A DNA stretch of 32,000 nucleotides, from contig NZ_CP006867.1 in assembly GCF_001481685.1 (NCBI RefSeq), positions 1,350,001 to 1,382,000 on the forward strand. Reading direction: 5' to 3'. Under the pieces are notes generated by a model that was not told where the DNA came from, made no database searches, and saw only the letters and a list, made by a program, of their open reading frames with translations. Positions 17,675 to 26,665 of the stretch are shown one piece after another. Position 1 is the stretch's first letter. Every line of letters starts with the position of its first letter. This DNA comes from Ignicoccus islandicus DSM 13165. Lineage in GTDB: Archaea > Thermoproteota > Thermoprotei_A > Sulfolobales > Ignicoccaceae. The position numbers and the translations under genes are program-made.

Positions 17675-18991
17675 TTAGTCTCCTATCAGCCCATTTAAGA
17701 TTGTCCTTAGTTGGGTCAAGTCCTTCGCGAAAATCCTAATCATTGCTTCCTTCCCATAGAAACCTCTATCGTAAATTACTTGGGGTATTTCGTTATACTT
17801 GTTATAGACGTACTCTACAAGCCATTTCATAGTCTTCATTCCACGTTGTTGAAGGGATCTATCAATCTCAACTACTTTTAACCCCATCTCTCTTAATCTT
17901 TGGACATTCTCTTCCGAGTATTTTATATTAATTGCAACTTTGTAATCGCTATATTTCATGGCATTAACGAGAAGGCGAGCTAAATGGTTTGAACCACCCC
18001 ACCACGGACAGTCGCATTTCCTTAAACCTCTCGGAGTCAAATGAAGCCGACCAGGTACACCTATTACTGTAGACACACCCCGGGATACTTCTTTTGGAAT
18101 AGAACAAGCTACATTCAAACCTACCTCTGGCGCAATCTTCTTGGCCTTTTCAAAGGGCAGAGATTCAAGCCACTTTATGAAAGCTCTATACTCTTCGTGA
18201 CATTCAAATCTATAGTAAGCTAACCTAAAACTGGTCAAAACGTCGCCTACGTATCCACCATCTAAGCTTTTCACGAATCGGTGTACCACTCTCGTATAAC
18301 CTATAGAGTACCTTGCTGAAGTTATTGGGTCTTTGCCAGAGGCAAGTAAGCTCGTTAGTGATGCTGCTAAGATGCTTCCGGAACCGTGAATGTTAATTGG
18401 TATTCGTTTACCTTTCATTATTAGTTCTTTTCCATTCCATCTAACGTAGTCGATAATATATTCCTCGTCTGTTCCGAAATGTCCGCCTGTAATTATCACT
18501 AGTTCTGGACCCAACTTCTGGAGTTCTTCAGCCGACCACCTTATGTCTTCTATCGAGCGAATTTTAATACCTAGGATTCTCTCCACTTCTTTTATATTAG
18601 GTGTAACTGCGTAAGACCTCTTTAGGAGTTCAAGTAGACTATTCAGCCTTCCAGTATACAATTTGCCACCAGCAGACGCTTCTAGAACTGGATCAAGAAC
18701 GACCTTCGATCTAAATTCATCAACTAGGTTAGCAAGCGTATCAGCAATTGCCTCATTACATAGAGCTCCGACTTTCCATGTATCTACCTTTTCTAGATAG
18801 TTTTCCATTTGGGCTAGTAAAACTTCCTTATTAACACACGTTCCTCCAGCGAACATAGAAGTAGTTTGAAAAGTTATCATTGTAACAATTGGATGGAAAT
18901 GAACATTGAAAACCTCTCCAACTTTCACATCGGTCTCTATACCGGCTCCAGCCGACGGATCAAGGCCACCAATGGTAAGTGCTCTTCTCAA
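17675..18991 (-). CDS. thiDN: bifunctional HMP-P kinase / thiamine-phosphate synthase (ThiD-ThiN)
   Basis: N-terminal TIGGLDPSAGAGIETDVK and VITGGHFGT; C-terminal ThiN-like VPGRLHLTPRGLRKCDCPWWGGSNHLARLL, VIYDRGFYGKEAMIRIF. Confidence 0.85.
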   Translation of the reverse strand: MRRALTIGGLDPSAGAGIETDVKVGEVFNVHFHPIVTMITFQTTSMFAGGTCVNKEVLLAQMENYLEKVDTWKVGALCNEAIADTLANLVDEFRSKVVLDPVLEASAGGKLYTGRLNSLLELLKRSYAVTPNIKEVERILGIKIRSIEDIRWSAEELQKLGPELVIITGGHFGTDEEYIIDYVRWNGKELIMKGKRIPINIHGSGSILAASLTSLLASGKDPITSARYSIGYTRVVHRFVKSLDGGYVGDVLTSFRLAYYRFECHEEYRAFIKWLESLPFEKAKKIAPEVGLNVACSIPKEVSRGVSTVIGVPGRLHLTPRGLRKCDCPWWGGSNHLARLLVNAMKYSDYKVAINIKYSEENVQRLREMGLKVVEIDRSLQQRGMKTMKWLVEYVYNKYNEIPQVIYDRGFYGKEAMIRIFAKDLTQLRTILNGLIGD

Positions 18992-19026
18992 TATAACTCA
19001 CCAGATAGCCGTGGGGTGTTAGAATA

Positions 19027-19866
19027 ATGAATTTTAGAAAGTATCCAGTGAAAGGGAGCAAAGTTTGTTTGAAGAGCAATAAAATAGCAGTTCTGCGACG
19101 AGAAGGTGGTCTTGCAATTATTGATGTTAATAGCAATAGCGTTAGGTTAATAGGAGGTTTCTTCGTATTCAAGGACTTTGCATGGGGGACGAACCGAATT
19201 GCTGCTTTAACTCATAACGTAGCGATGCTATATGATCACGATGGAACCCTTTATAAAGTAATTAAGTTCGACAGTGAGGCGTCAACTGTTGCATACCTAA
19301 ATAATTTCTATTTAGTTGGTACAACTGATGGTAACTTAGTTAAATTCAATGAAGACGGACAAGTTATCTGGAAGAAGAAAATATGGGATGGTAGCATAGA
19401 TAGAATAGATCTAACGCAGAGTGGATACATCATAGTGGTCGCATCTTCAACAAATATGGTTCTACTTAATCAAAATGGGGATGTGATTACAACTCATAGT
19501 TACCAATGGGATCTAACTAGAGTTGCTTGGACCAGTGATTTGAGCTTCCTAGCGGTGCCTGTTCAAAACTATGTTATTATATATAGATGGGATGAGAAAC
19601 AAGGGTACGTTAAGGACAAGGAAATTAGAGTAAATAGCGTTAGGAAGCTCAAGTGGTGTGAAAATAAACTTGCCATTGCTGATTACAAGGAATTTCTTGT
19701 CCTTGAGTACTCTAAATCATCTATATCGTTGCGTCTAAGGCTTGAGGTTATAGACTTCAGTTGGAATGAAGAATGTAGAGATCTAACCTTACTATCCCCA
19801 AATTACCTCTACTACTTGAAAGACGTAAATTCAATTGCAACAAGTATATCATCTTCATCAGCGTAA
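19027..19866 (+). CDS. predicted beta-propeller (WD40/PQQ-like) protein
   Basis: Repeated blade-like units (GTTDGNLVKFNEDGQVIWKKKIW; DLTRVAWTSDLSFLAVPVQNYVIIYRWD; SVRKLKWCENKLAIADYKEFLVLEY). Confidence 0.6.
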   Translation: MNFRKYPVKGSKVCLKSNKIAVLRREGGLAIIDVNSNSVRLIGGFFVFKDFAWGTNRIAALTHNVAMLYDHDGTLYKVIKFDSEASTVAYLNNFYLVGTTDGNLVKFNEDGQVIWKKKIWDGSIDRIDLTQSGYIIVVASSTNMVLLNQNGDVITTHSYQWDLTRVAWTSDLSFLAVPVQNYVIIYRWDEKQGYVKDKEIRVNSVRKLKWCENKLAIADYKEFLVLEYSKSSISLRLRLEVIDFSWNEECRDLTLLSPNYLYYLKDVNSIATSISSSSA

Positions 19867-20924
19867 TCACTTGGTCTTACGGGTTCAACTTCATTTAAGT
19901 TTACGATCTTTGCTATTATGTGGACATATCTCTTATTAAGCTTTGAAAGTCTTTCTGAGAGTTCAATGACGTTGATTGGAACCTTTCGGCCTATAGGGAT
20001 AAATTTATTACCTATTTGTGCGAAAGTCATTCCAAATGGTCCACGCTTTAGCTTTATTTCAATGAGATTAGGTTTACCCTCGGAAAGGGCTGAAAGGAAC
20101 ACAGCCGAAATGGGGTCTTCAAACGATTCCAAGAATAACTTACTTATGTTACTGGATGGTACAATTACATCAATTGATAGTAGTTCGCTCAATATTCTAT
20201 ATCCCCTCTTGGAGTAAGCTAACGCTAAAACTGTTGGTGGGAAAAGCCTCCTCATTTCATAGCTCTTTACTATCAGAGCTATACTGACGCTCTCGTCATC
20301 GTCTTTACCACATATTATAATTTTCTTGCAATTATCGATGTCTCCTCTACGATAAGTTTCTAAGAGGGTTAGCTTTCCCTTTATAACAACTATTTTATAG
20401 GATCTTGCCAAAGCTATTAGTTTCTCATCCGTATCCAAGGAAGCAATCCAAACTACTCTGCTCCTTCCGGAGAGTTCCTTTAACCTTTTAGCTAACTCGA
20501 CACAAGAAGGCGACGAACCTACGACTAATACATCGCTTCCCTTTACTTTACCACCTCCCTCTCTCTCAATGATGGTCCTAGTAATCATCTCATGCGAGAT
20601 CAGACTGACTATTGCGCTTATACTCATGAAACCGACTATTGCTAATGCCATTGCTATTAACTTTCCAATAAAAGTAGCCGGTACAATATCTCCGTAGCCT
20701 ACGGTCGTCACTGTTATTATAGCCCAATATATTGCTTTAAACATAGATAATGATTCTACATGTGAGAATAGTATGCTTATTATTGTGATAGTGAGTATTA
20801 GTGCTAGTGTAAGGAGGATTGGTGCCTTACTCAGAGCAGTTGAATAGAACCATATCACTGATAGCCTAGTAATCTCATAGTACTTTCGTATTATGTATAC
20901 TAGATTTTTAACTCTCCTTCTCAA
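19812..20924 (-). CDS. potassium channel with RCK/TrkA-N domain (MthK/Kch-like)
   Basis: Pore TVTTVGYGDIVP filter between TM helices, followed by Rossmann-like VLVVGSSPSCVELAKRL and KIIICGKDDDESVSIAL. Confidence 0.87.
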   Translation of the reverse strand: MRRRVKNLVYIIRKYYEITRLSVIWFYSTALSKAPILLTLALILTITIISILFSHVESLSMFKAIYWAIITVTTVGYGDIVPATFIGKLIAMALAIVGFMSISAIVSLISHEMITRTIIEREGGGKVKGSDVLVVGSSPSCVELAKRLKELSGRSRVVWIASLDTDEKLIALARSYKIVVIKGKLTLLETYRRGDIDNCKKIIICGKDDDESVSIALIVKSYEMRRLFPPTVLALAYSKRGYRILSELLSIDVIVPSSNISKLFLESFEDPISAVFLSALSEGKPNLIEIKLKRGPFGMTFAQIGNKFIPIGRKVPINVIELSERLSKLNKRYVHIIAKIVNLNEVEPVRPSDYADEDDILVAIEFTSFK

Positions 20925-20966
20925 TCGCTATCGGAAGGACCTCCGGGGAAGGATAGTTAAACGTTT

Positions 20967-21021
20967 CGCGATGATGAAGGTTAAAAGCTGTGAACGATGA
21001 TCGAGGGCCAAGCACTGAGCG
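20967..21021 (+). ncRNA. candidate box C/D guide sRNA
   Basis: C box ATGATGA (20971-20977), degenerate D' CTGT (20988-20991), C' GATGATC (20996-21002), guide, D CTGA (21015-21018); CGC/GCG flanks can form a terminal stem. Confidence 0.72.
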
Positions 21022-21090
21022 GTAAAGTTACGAACCTACACTTATAACTAATGTCATCAATGAACCCAAAGGTAGTGAGGTGAGACTGAA

Positions 21091-22893
21091 ATGAGCGAGA
21101 AGAGACTAAGGCAACCTATAGTCGCCGTCTTGGGACACGTCGACCACGGCAAGACTACTCTCTTAGACCGCATTCGAGGTACCACAGTTGCTATGAAAGA
21201 ACCAGGCAAAATAACTCAGCACGTAGGCGCCAGTCTAGTACCTACGGAAGTTATTGAAAAAGTCACGGAACCCCTTAAGAAACTAATACCAACCGTAAAA
21301 TTAGAACTACCTGGCCTCTTGTTTATCGACACTCCGGGTCACAGTATATTTAGTAACTTAAGGAAGAGAGGAGGAGCAGTAGCAGATTTAGCAATACTCG
21401 TGGTCGACGTGATGGAGGGCTTCCAACCACAAACGATTGAAGCAGTAGAGATATTAAAGCAAAGAAAAGTCCCGTTCATTGTTGCAGCTAATAAAATAGA
21501 TAAGATACCTGGTTGGAAGAGTATTGAAAACGTGCCTTTCCTAGTAAGCGTGAGGCATCAGGATAAATCCGTTGTTGAATATCTAGATAATAGGATATAT
21601 GAGATAATGGGAAGTTTGGCTGAATTAGGTTTCGATAGCGATAGATTCGATAGAGTTAAGGATTACACTAGGCAATTAGCCATAGTTCCAGTATCTGCTA
21701 AGACAGGCGAAGGTATACCGGAACTTCTAGCGCTTCTCGCGGGTCTAGCACAGAGGTATATGAAGGGACGTCTAAAGTACGTTGAAGGACCAGCTAAAGG
21801 CGTAGTAATGGAAGTAAAGGAGGAGCCCGGTTACGGAACAACTCTAGATACAATAATTTACGATGGGATAATACGTCAAGGTGACGTTATTGTAGTTGGG
21901 AGCTTAGAAGGGCCAATTGTAACTAAGGTCAGAGCTCTGTTATTACCTGAACCTCTACAAGAGATTAGAGCAACTAAGAAATTTAGAGTTGTGGACGAGG
22001 TTTCAGCAGCTGCAGGAGTTAAAATAGTGGCGCCAAACTTGGAGAATGCAGTAGCTGGTGCGCCGGTATTTGTAGTTTCTGACGAGAGTCAATTAGAGAA
22101 GGTTAAGGAGGAGGTTATGAAAGAAATAGAAGATGTCCTTATCGAAACCGATAAGGAAGGCGTTGTTGTGAAAGCAGACACGTTAGGGACCCTTGAAGCC
22201 CTAGTCCAATTCTTGAAGTCTAAGGACATACCCGTGAGAATGGCGAAAGTGGGTCCAGTTACTAAAAGGGATGTGATGGAAGCAATGGTTTCGAAAAGAA
22301 TGAATAAAGAGTATGGTGTTATATTAGCATTTAATGTGAAAGTATTGCCCGAAGCGAAAGAACTTGCAGAGAAAGAAGATATTAAGATCTTCGTACATGA
22401 TGTAATCTATAAGTTAATAGAAGACTTCGAGAATTGGGTCAAAGAACTACGAGAACAAGAAAAGAGAAAGGAGTTGGAGCAATTAGTTCGACCAGGAAAA
22501 TTGAGGATCCTACCTGGGTTTGTGTTCAGAAGGAGCGATCCCGTCATTGTTGGTATTGAAGTCTTAGGAGGAACTCTAATGCCGGGTTATCCTCTAATGA
22601 AGGAAAGCGGTGAAAAGGTGGGTAAGATTCTACAAATACAAGATAAAGGCAAATCAGTGAAAGAGGTAAAAGCAGGTCAACAAGTAGCCATCTCTATTAA
22701 AGGACGAGTTATGGTTGGCAGGCACTTATTCGAAGGCGATGTTTTGTATACAGATGTACCTTCGTCCCATGCTAAACTATGGCTCACAAAGTATAAAAAT
22801 GAGCTAAGCGAGGACGAACGCTACGTTTTAAACGAAATAATAAAGATTAAGAGAAAGACGGATCCGCTATATGGTTTAGCCGTTGGAACTTGA
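21091..22893 (+). CDS. infB: translation initiation factor IF-2 (aIF5B)
   Basis: VAVLGHVDHGKTTLLDRIRG, FIDTPGHSIFSNLRKRGG, AANKIDKIPGW. Confidence 0.96.
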   Translation: MSEKRLRQPIVAVLGHVDHGKTTLLDRIRGTTVAMKEPGKITQHVGASLVPTEVIEKVTEPLKKLIPTVKLELPGLLFIDTPGHSIFSNLRKRGGAVADLAILVVDVMEGFQPQTIEAVEILKQRKVPFIVAANKIDKIPGWKSIENVPFLVSVRHQDKSVVEYLDNRIYEIMGSLAELGFDSDRFDRVKDYTRQLAIVPVSAKTGEGIPELLALLAGLAQRYMKGRLKYVEGPAKGVVMEVKEEPGYGTTLDTIIYDGIIRQGDVIVVGSLEGPIVTKVRALLLPEPLQEIRATKKFRVVDEVSAAAGVKIVAPNLENAVAGAPVFVVSDESQLEKVKEEVMKEIEDVLIETDKEGVVVKADTLGTLEALVQFLKSKDIPVRMAKVGPVTKRDVMEAMVSKRMNKEYGVILAFNVKVLPEAKELAEKEDIKIFVHDVIYKLIEDFENWVKELREQEKRKELEQLVRPGKLRILPGFVFRRSDPVIVGIEVLGGTLMPGYPLMKESGEKVGKILQIQDKGKSVKEVKAGQQVAISIKGRVMVGRHLFEGDVLYTDVPSSHAKLWLTKYKNELSEDERYVLNEIIKIKRKTDPLYGLAVGT

Positions 22894-22933
22894 ACGTCAT
22901 CACATCATCTTAATAATTATTTTGGAAATCTAA

Positions 22934-22997
22934 CGGGATGACGAATAAGGGAGTCAGGCGAAGTAGATGTGATGTGCATAAACGGAACTTCTGACCG
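22934..22997 (+). ncRNA. candidate box C/D sRNA (first of a tandem pair)
   Basis: C-like ATGACGA (22938-22944), C' GTGATGT (22969-22975), D CTGA (22991-22994), CGG/CCG terminal stem; D' unclear. Confidence 0.5.
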
Positions 22998-23060
22998 CGA
23001 TGAAGAAGCTAGAAAGGGGAGAAGGTTAGTATTGGGATGATCGGTGGTCGGGCGCTGAGC
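22997..23060 (+). ncRNA. candidate box C/D sRNA (second of a tandem pair)
   Basis: C-like GCGATGA (22997-23003), C'-like ATGATCG (23037-23043), D CTGA (23055-23058) followed by GC; D' unclear. Confidence 0.4.
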
Positions 23061-23068
23061 AAATCTGT

Positions 23069-24088
23069 TCAGAAGGTGGGGGTTCCTCCAGAAGCTTCTA
23101 CTATTCTCCTTACCTTTTCGATTACGTCCACGGAATCTACGAATTCCTTAATGCTACTGGCAGCGTCTTTAATATCTATACCACTCACAACGTGAAGCGC
23201 CAATGAAGCATTTACCAATAAGAACGTAAATTCGGGTTCATTTCCGCTGAGGGCCCTCAGTACCTTTTCCTTGGACTCCTCCACACTCTTAACCCTTAAC
23301 GGATCCAAGGATTCCAAAGGCCTAATGCCGAAATCCTTCACATCAATAACGGTCTTTGTAATATCGCCCTTGTTAACGAGAACAACCTCAGTTGACGCAA
23401 TTGGCGAAACCTCATCTATACCAGGGAAACCATGAATGACTGCTGCTCTTTCAACGTTAAATTGAGTAAGGGCTTCTGAAATTGGTTGCAACATCCACTC
23501 TTCTGCTACTCCAACTACTTGATATCCAGGCGAGGCTGGATTCGAGAGAGGACCAATTAGATTAAATATGGTTCTTATACCAAGTTTCTTTCTAACTGGC
23601 ATCACGTTCTTCATTGCTGGATGATATAGAGGAGCGAAAATGAATGCGAAATTGCTACTATTTAATGCTATCTTAACTTCCTCTGGTGTGAGATTTATTT
23701 TATAACCTAGGCTCTCCAACAAATCGGCACTACCACTGGTTCCGGAAATACTTCTATTGCCATGTTTTACAACTTTGTAACCCATAGCGGCTAGAAGAAG
23801 GGCAGTTGCCGTACTAACATTATATAAAGATGCATTGTCGCCACCAGTACCGGCTGTGTCTAATGCCTCCGGGAATGGACCCACTTTAACCGCCAGATCT
23901 CTCAGTGCTTTAGCAAAGCCTGCTATCTCGGTATATTTTTCTCCCTTACATCTTAATGCAACCAATATCGCCGACTTCAATATATCGTCTATCTCGTTCT
24001 TAGTGATTTTCATTGCTATTTCATACGCTTCCTCGAGAGGGAGATTGTTACCTTTCAAGAGAGTCTCTAGAACTTCTTTAAATTCCAT
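23069..24088 (-). CDS. trpD: anthranilate phosphoribosyltransferase
   Basis: DTAGTGGDNASLYNVSTATALLLAAMGYKVVKHGNRSISGTSGSADLLE. Confidence 0.95.
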   Translation of the reverse strand: MEFKEVLETLLKGNNLPLEEAYEIAMKITKNEIDDILKSAILVALRCKGEKYTEIAGFAKALRDLAVKVGPFPEALDTAGTGGDNASLYNVSTATALLLAAMGYKVVKHGNRSISGTSGSADLLESLGYKINLTPEEVKIALNSSNFAFIFAPLYHPAMKNVMPVRKKLGIRTIFNLIGPLSNPASPGYQVVGVAEEWMLQPISEALTQFNVERAAVIHGFPGIDEVSPIASTEVVLVNKGDITKTVIDVKDFGIRPLESLDPLRVKSVEESKEKVLRALSGNEPEFTFLLVNASLALHVVSGIDIKDAASSIKEFVDSVDVIEKVRRIVEASGGTPTF

Positions 24089-24145
24089 AAGTAAGACCCT
24101 AGGTTGTGGGATAGATTAGCATTTAAAAAATAACTTATGGGTTTA

Positions 24146-24235
24146 TCAAGCCTTGGGTTTACAAACAACCGGTGCATTTGGGCCTTGGTCTTCACAGACA
24201 AGGACTACTTCGCTGGCTTCTTGAGTGGCGCTCAT
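24146..24235 (-). CDS. putative 29-aa microprotein MSATQEASEVVLVCEDQGPNAPVVCKPKA
   Basis: ATG at 24235 with GGAGAT 4 nt upstream; two cysteines; fills the gap between a 261-aa ORF and trpD. Below the track cutoff. Confidence 0.4.
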   Translation of the reverse strand: MSATQEASEVVLVCEDQGPNAPVVCKPKA

Positions 24236-24268
24236 GGCTATCTCCAGAGAGGGTAGATTTAGGAGCCA

Positions 24269-25054
24269 CTATTTAAGTAATGCGTTGAGAAACTCAATTT
24301 GTTCATAGAACTTAATAGGATCGAATTTGTCCGGGGTGTCTTCTAATGAACCTAGCCATTGGCTCCTTCCTCCAACGACAATCCTTCCATTTGAGAAGTC
24401 AAAGACGTTATCTGAAAGACCTAGTCCATCTACTTCGATTATCGAAGAACAATATTGCTCAAATATCTCCATTAAAGATCTTGCCTTAAACCAACGAGGA
24501 ATGAATAGTAAAGTTCTGGACGTACTTGAGTAATAAGAGAATAATATAAGTGAAGTTAGACTATGTCCATAACCATACCATAACGCATCATAGTACGTGA
24601 AGAGACATGTTTCATCGCCCTCTCTAATTAGAATTGGTAGTTTGGTTTCGATTAATTCAGACACAACGTTTGCGAAAAACTCACCCTCCCTTAAACTGCG
24701 TAAAATTTTATTCTTATATTCGACAGCTACTGCTATAGCGGGATTCCACGTAAGGACGTCGACTTTTGGAACAATTTTTCCGGAAAAGTATAATATACCA
24801 CCGTAGCTCTCAACAGGTTTATCTGATATTACATCTATTTTCCCGCTACTCATACCTGAGGGTAAGCACGGTATTCTATTTGGTATATACACATCACATT
24901 TCCAGTCGCTTACGATTCTAACATCAACTTTCTCCACTACAAATTCACTAAATGAATTCCAAAGATACTGCAATCGCAACGATATATGGTCTAGAGGTCT
25001 CATACTGAATGAAACCAACTCCGTGCTCCTTTCAAAGAGCGATTTTAACATCAC
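24269..25054 (-). CDS. uncharacterised protein translationally coupled to hyuB
   Basis: 261-aa ORF whose start overlaps or abuts the hyuB stop on the same strand; no family recognised. Confidence 0.7.
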   Translation of the reverse strand: MMLKSLFERSTELVSFSMRPLDHISLRLQYLWNSFSEFVVEKVDVRIVSDWKCDVYIPNRIPCLPSGMSSGKIDVISDKPVESYGGILYFSGKIVPKVDVLTWNPAIAVAVEYKNKILRSLREGEFFANVVSELIETKLPILIREGDETCLFTYYDALWYGYGHSLTSLILFSYYSSTSRTLLFIPRWFKARSLMEIFEQYCSSIIEVDGLGLSDNVFDFSNGRIVVGGRSQWLGSLEDTPDKFDPIKFYEQIEFLNALLK

Positions 25055-26568
25055 TACTTATGGCCCCCAGCCCCGGGTGTTTCTAGACGAACTCTATCTC
25101 CTTTCTTTAGGTTAAGTTCGAGATATCCGTTTGTTTGTACAACTTCGCTTCCACTTCTGTAAACAACTATCCTACCAGGACTACCGTTCGTACCACCTAT
25201 GCCGTAAGAAGGGAATCGAGTTTGTGACAATAGGGTAATTACAGTTATATCATCTAGCGATTCAAACTCCCTTACTATTCCGTCTCCTCCCTTCCTTCTT
25301 CCTTTACCACCACTGTTACGTCGAATGCCATATTCTGTAAATAGTATAGGTAACTCTGATTCTATTACTTCGATAGGTGTGTTTAATGTGTTAGTCATTC
25401 CCCACTGTACGCCGTTTTCACCATCTTCCCACTTGGTGGCTGACCCACCGCCACCATTGGTTTCGTAATATGTCCTATCTTTATAGGATATGATGAGGTT
25501 AGACATTGTCCCAGGACCTAAAGATGGTACTTCATCAGTTATTTTGGAAAACGCTAGAATAATACTTTGCAAGATTCTCTGAGATGTTTCTAGGTTACCG
25601 GCACCAACTGCCCGTGGATAGTTAGGATTTAGTATACTACCCTTTCGAGTTTTTACATGTATCACATCATATAGGCCTTGATTAACGTCCTTTTGTGCCC
25701 CGAAAAATGATTTAATGAAGAAAGAAGCCGCAGCATAAGATATTCCCTCTACAGCGTTAAGATTGTAATCAACTTCGTCATCACTCTCTGTAAAATCGAA
25801 GAACACCTTTTCTGTATCTATTTTTACGCTAAGACGTATATGAGCAATATCTAAGTTAGGTAGCTCCAATGGTATTTCAGAGGATCCATGGGTTCCTGCT
25901 AAAGGTATTAATGTTTGGGCATAGCTTTCCCTAGTAATCTCTATATAGCTATCTATGGCGCTTTTTATGAAATCCAGGGTCTTCTTTTCAATGAACTCTT
26001 TTAATTGCATGTAGCCCCAACGTATAGATGACAATTGGGCATTAACGTCAGCTACGAAAAGTCGAGGATTTCTAACTGACCTTGCTAAATTAGTAGCTTC
26101 TTTAGAGAGGACCCAGTTGGATGCTGCCCTAATTGGTTTTATAACTATGCCTTCTTCGTATAAGTACTTGGCGAAAGGATTTAATGAACCGGCTTTGGGC
26201 CCTCCTATGTCCACGTAATGTGCTTTCACAGCTATATAGAAATCACTATATCGCGACACCATTGTAACGTCATTTAAATGGGTTCCAGTAAGATAAGGGT
26301 CATTAGTCATAAGCACGTCTCCAGAACCTAGGCCTAAAGATTCGTATGCTTCTATGAGCTTCTTAGAGGCCCATGCCATGCTACCTAAGTGTACGGGAAT
26401 GTGTTCAGCCTCTGCGACAACTCTTCCGTGAGAGTCAAATATAGCACAAGAGAAGTCTAGTCTTTCTCTTATGTTTGGAGATGAAGACGAGTTTCTTAGG
26501 ACTACTCCCATTTCTTCTGATATGTAGGAAAGTGTTTTTTGTACTATACCAACTTTAAGCTCATCCAT
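25054..26568 (-). CDS. hyuB: hydantoinase B/oxoprolinase-family protein (HyuB)
   Basis: SSSPNIRERLDFSCAIFD, HIPVHLGSM, GDVLMTNDPYLTGTHLNDV, GGNLETSQR-like GAGNLETSQRI, NGGGGSATKWEDGENGV. Confidence 0.9.
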   Translation of the reverse strand: MDELKVGIVQKTLSYISEEMGVVLRNSSSSPNIRERLDFSCAIFDSHGRVVAEAEHIPVHLGSMAWASKKLIEAYESLGLGSGDVLMTNDPYLTGTHLNDVTMVSRYSDFYIAVKAHYVDIGGPKAGSLNPFAKYLYEEGIVIKPIRAASNWVLSKEATNLARSVRNPRLFVADVNAQLSSIRWGYMQLKEFIEKKTLDFIKSAIDSYIEITRESYAQTLIPLAGTHGSSEIPLELPNLDIAHIRLSVKIDTEKVFFDFTESDDEVDYNLNAVEGISYAAASFFIKSFFGAQKDVNQGLYDVIHVKTRKGSILNPNYPRAVGAGNLETSQRILQSIILAFSKITDEVPSLGPGTMSNLIISYKDRTYYETNGGGGSATKWEDGENGVQWGMTNTLNTPIEVIESELPILFTEYGIRRNSGGKGRRKGGDGIVREFESLDDITVITLLSQTRFPSYGIGGTNGSPGRIVVYRSGSEVVQTNGYLELNLKKGDRVRLETPGAGGHK

Positions 26569-26602
26569 CGTTCTTCTAACACCATAGTTCTATTAGGATT
26601 GT

Positions 26603-26665
26603 GAGGCAAAAAGTCCCCCCTCTCATTCCGAGGCTTTTTGCCTCCGTCCGGGGGTCGGCGCGCTC
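26603..26665 (-). promoter_or_regulatory. structured GC-rich leader-like element upstream of hyuB
   Basis: On the plus strand GAGGCAAAAAG (26603-26613) is perfectly complementary to CTTTTTGCCTC (26634-26644), which itself lies in the hairpin GAGGC-TTTTT-GCCTC (26630-26644); C-run and G-run can pair around it. Placed about 35 nt upstream of the hyuB start. Confidence 0.45.

Noticed and set aside
22897-22915. Reverse-strand GATGATGTGATGACG resembling C boxes
   Set aside because: No D box at a suitable distance downstream on that strand; continues into infB coding sequence.
23835-24119. 94-aa plus-strand ORF
   Set aside because: Antisense to the well-supported trpD coding sequence.
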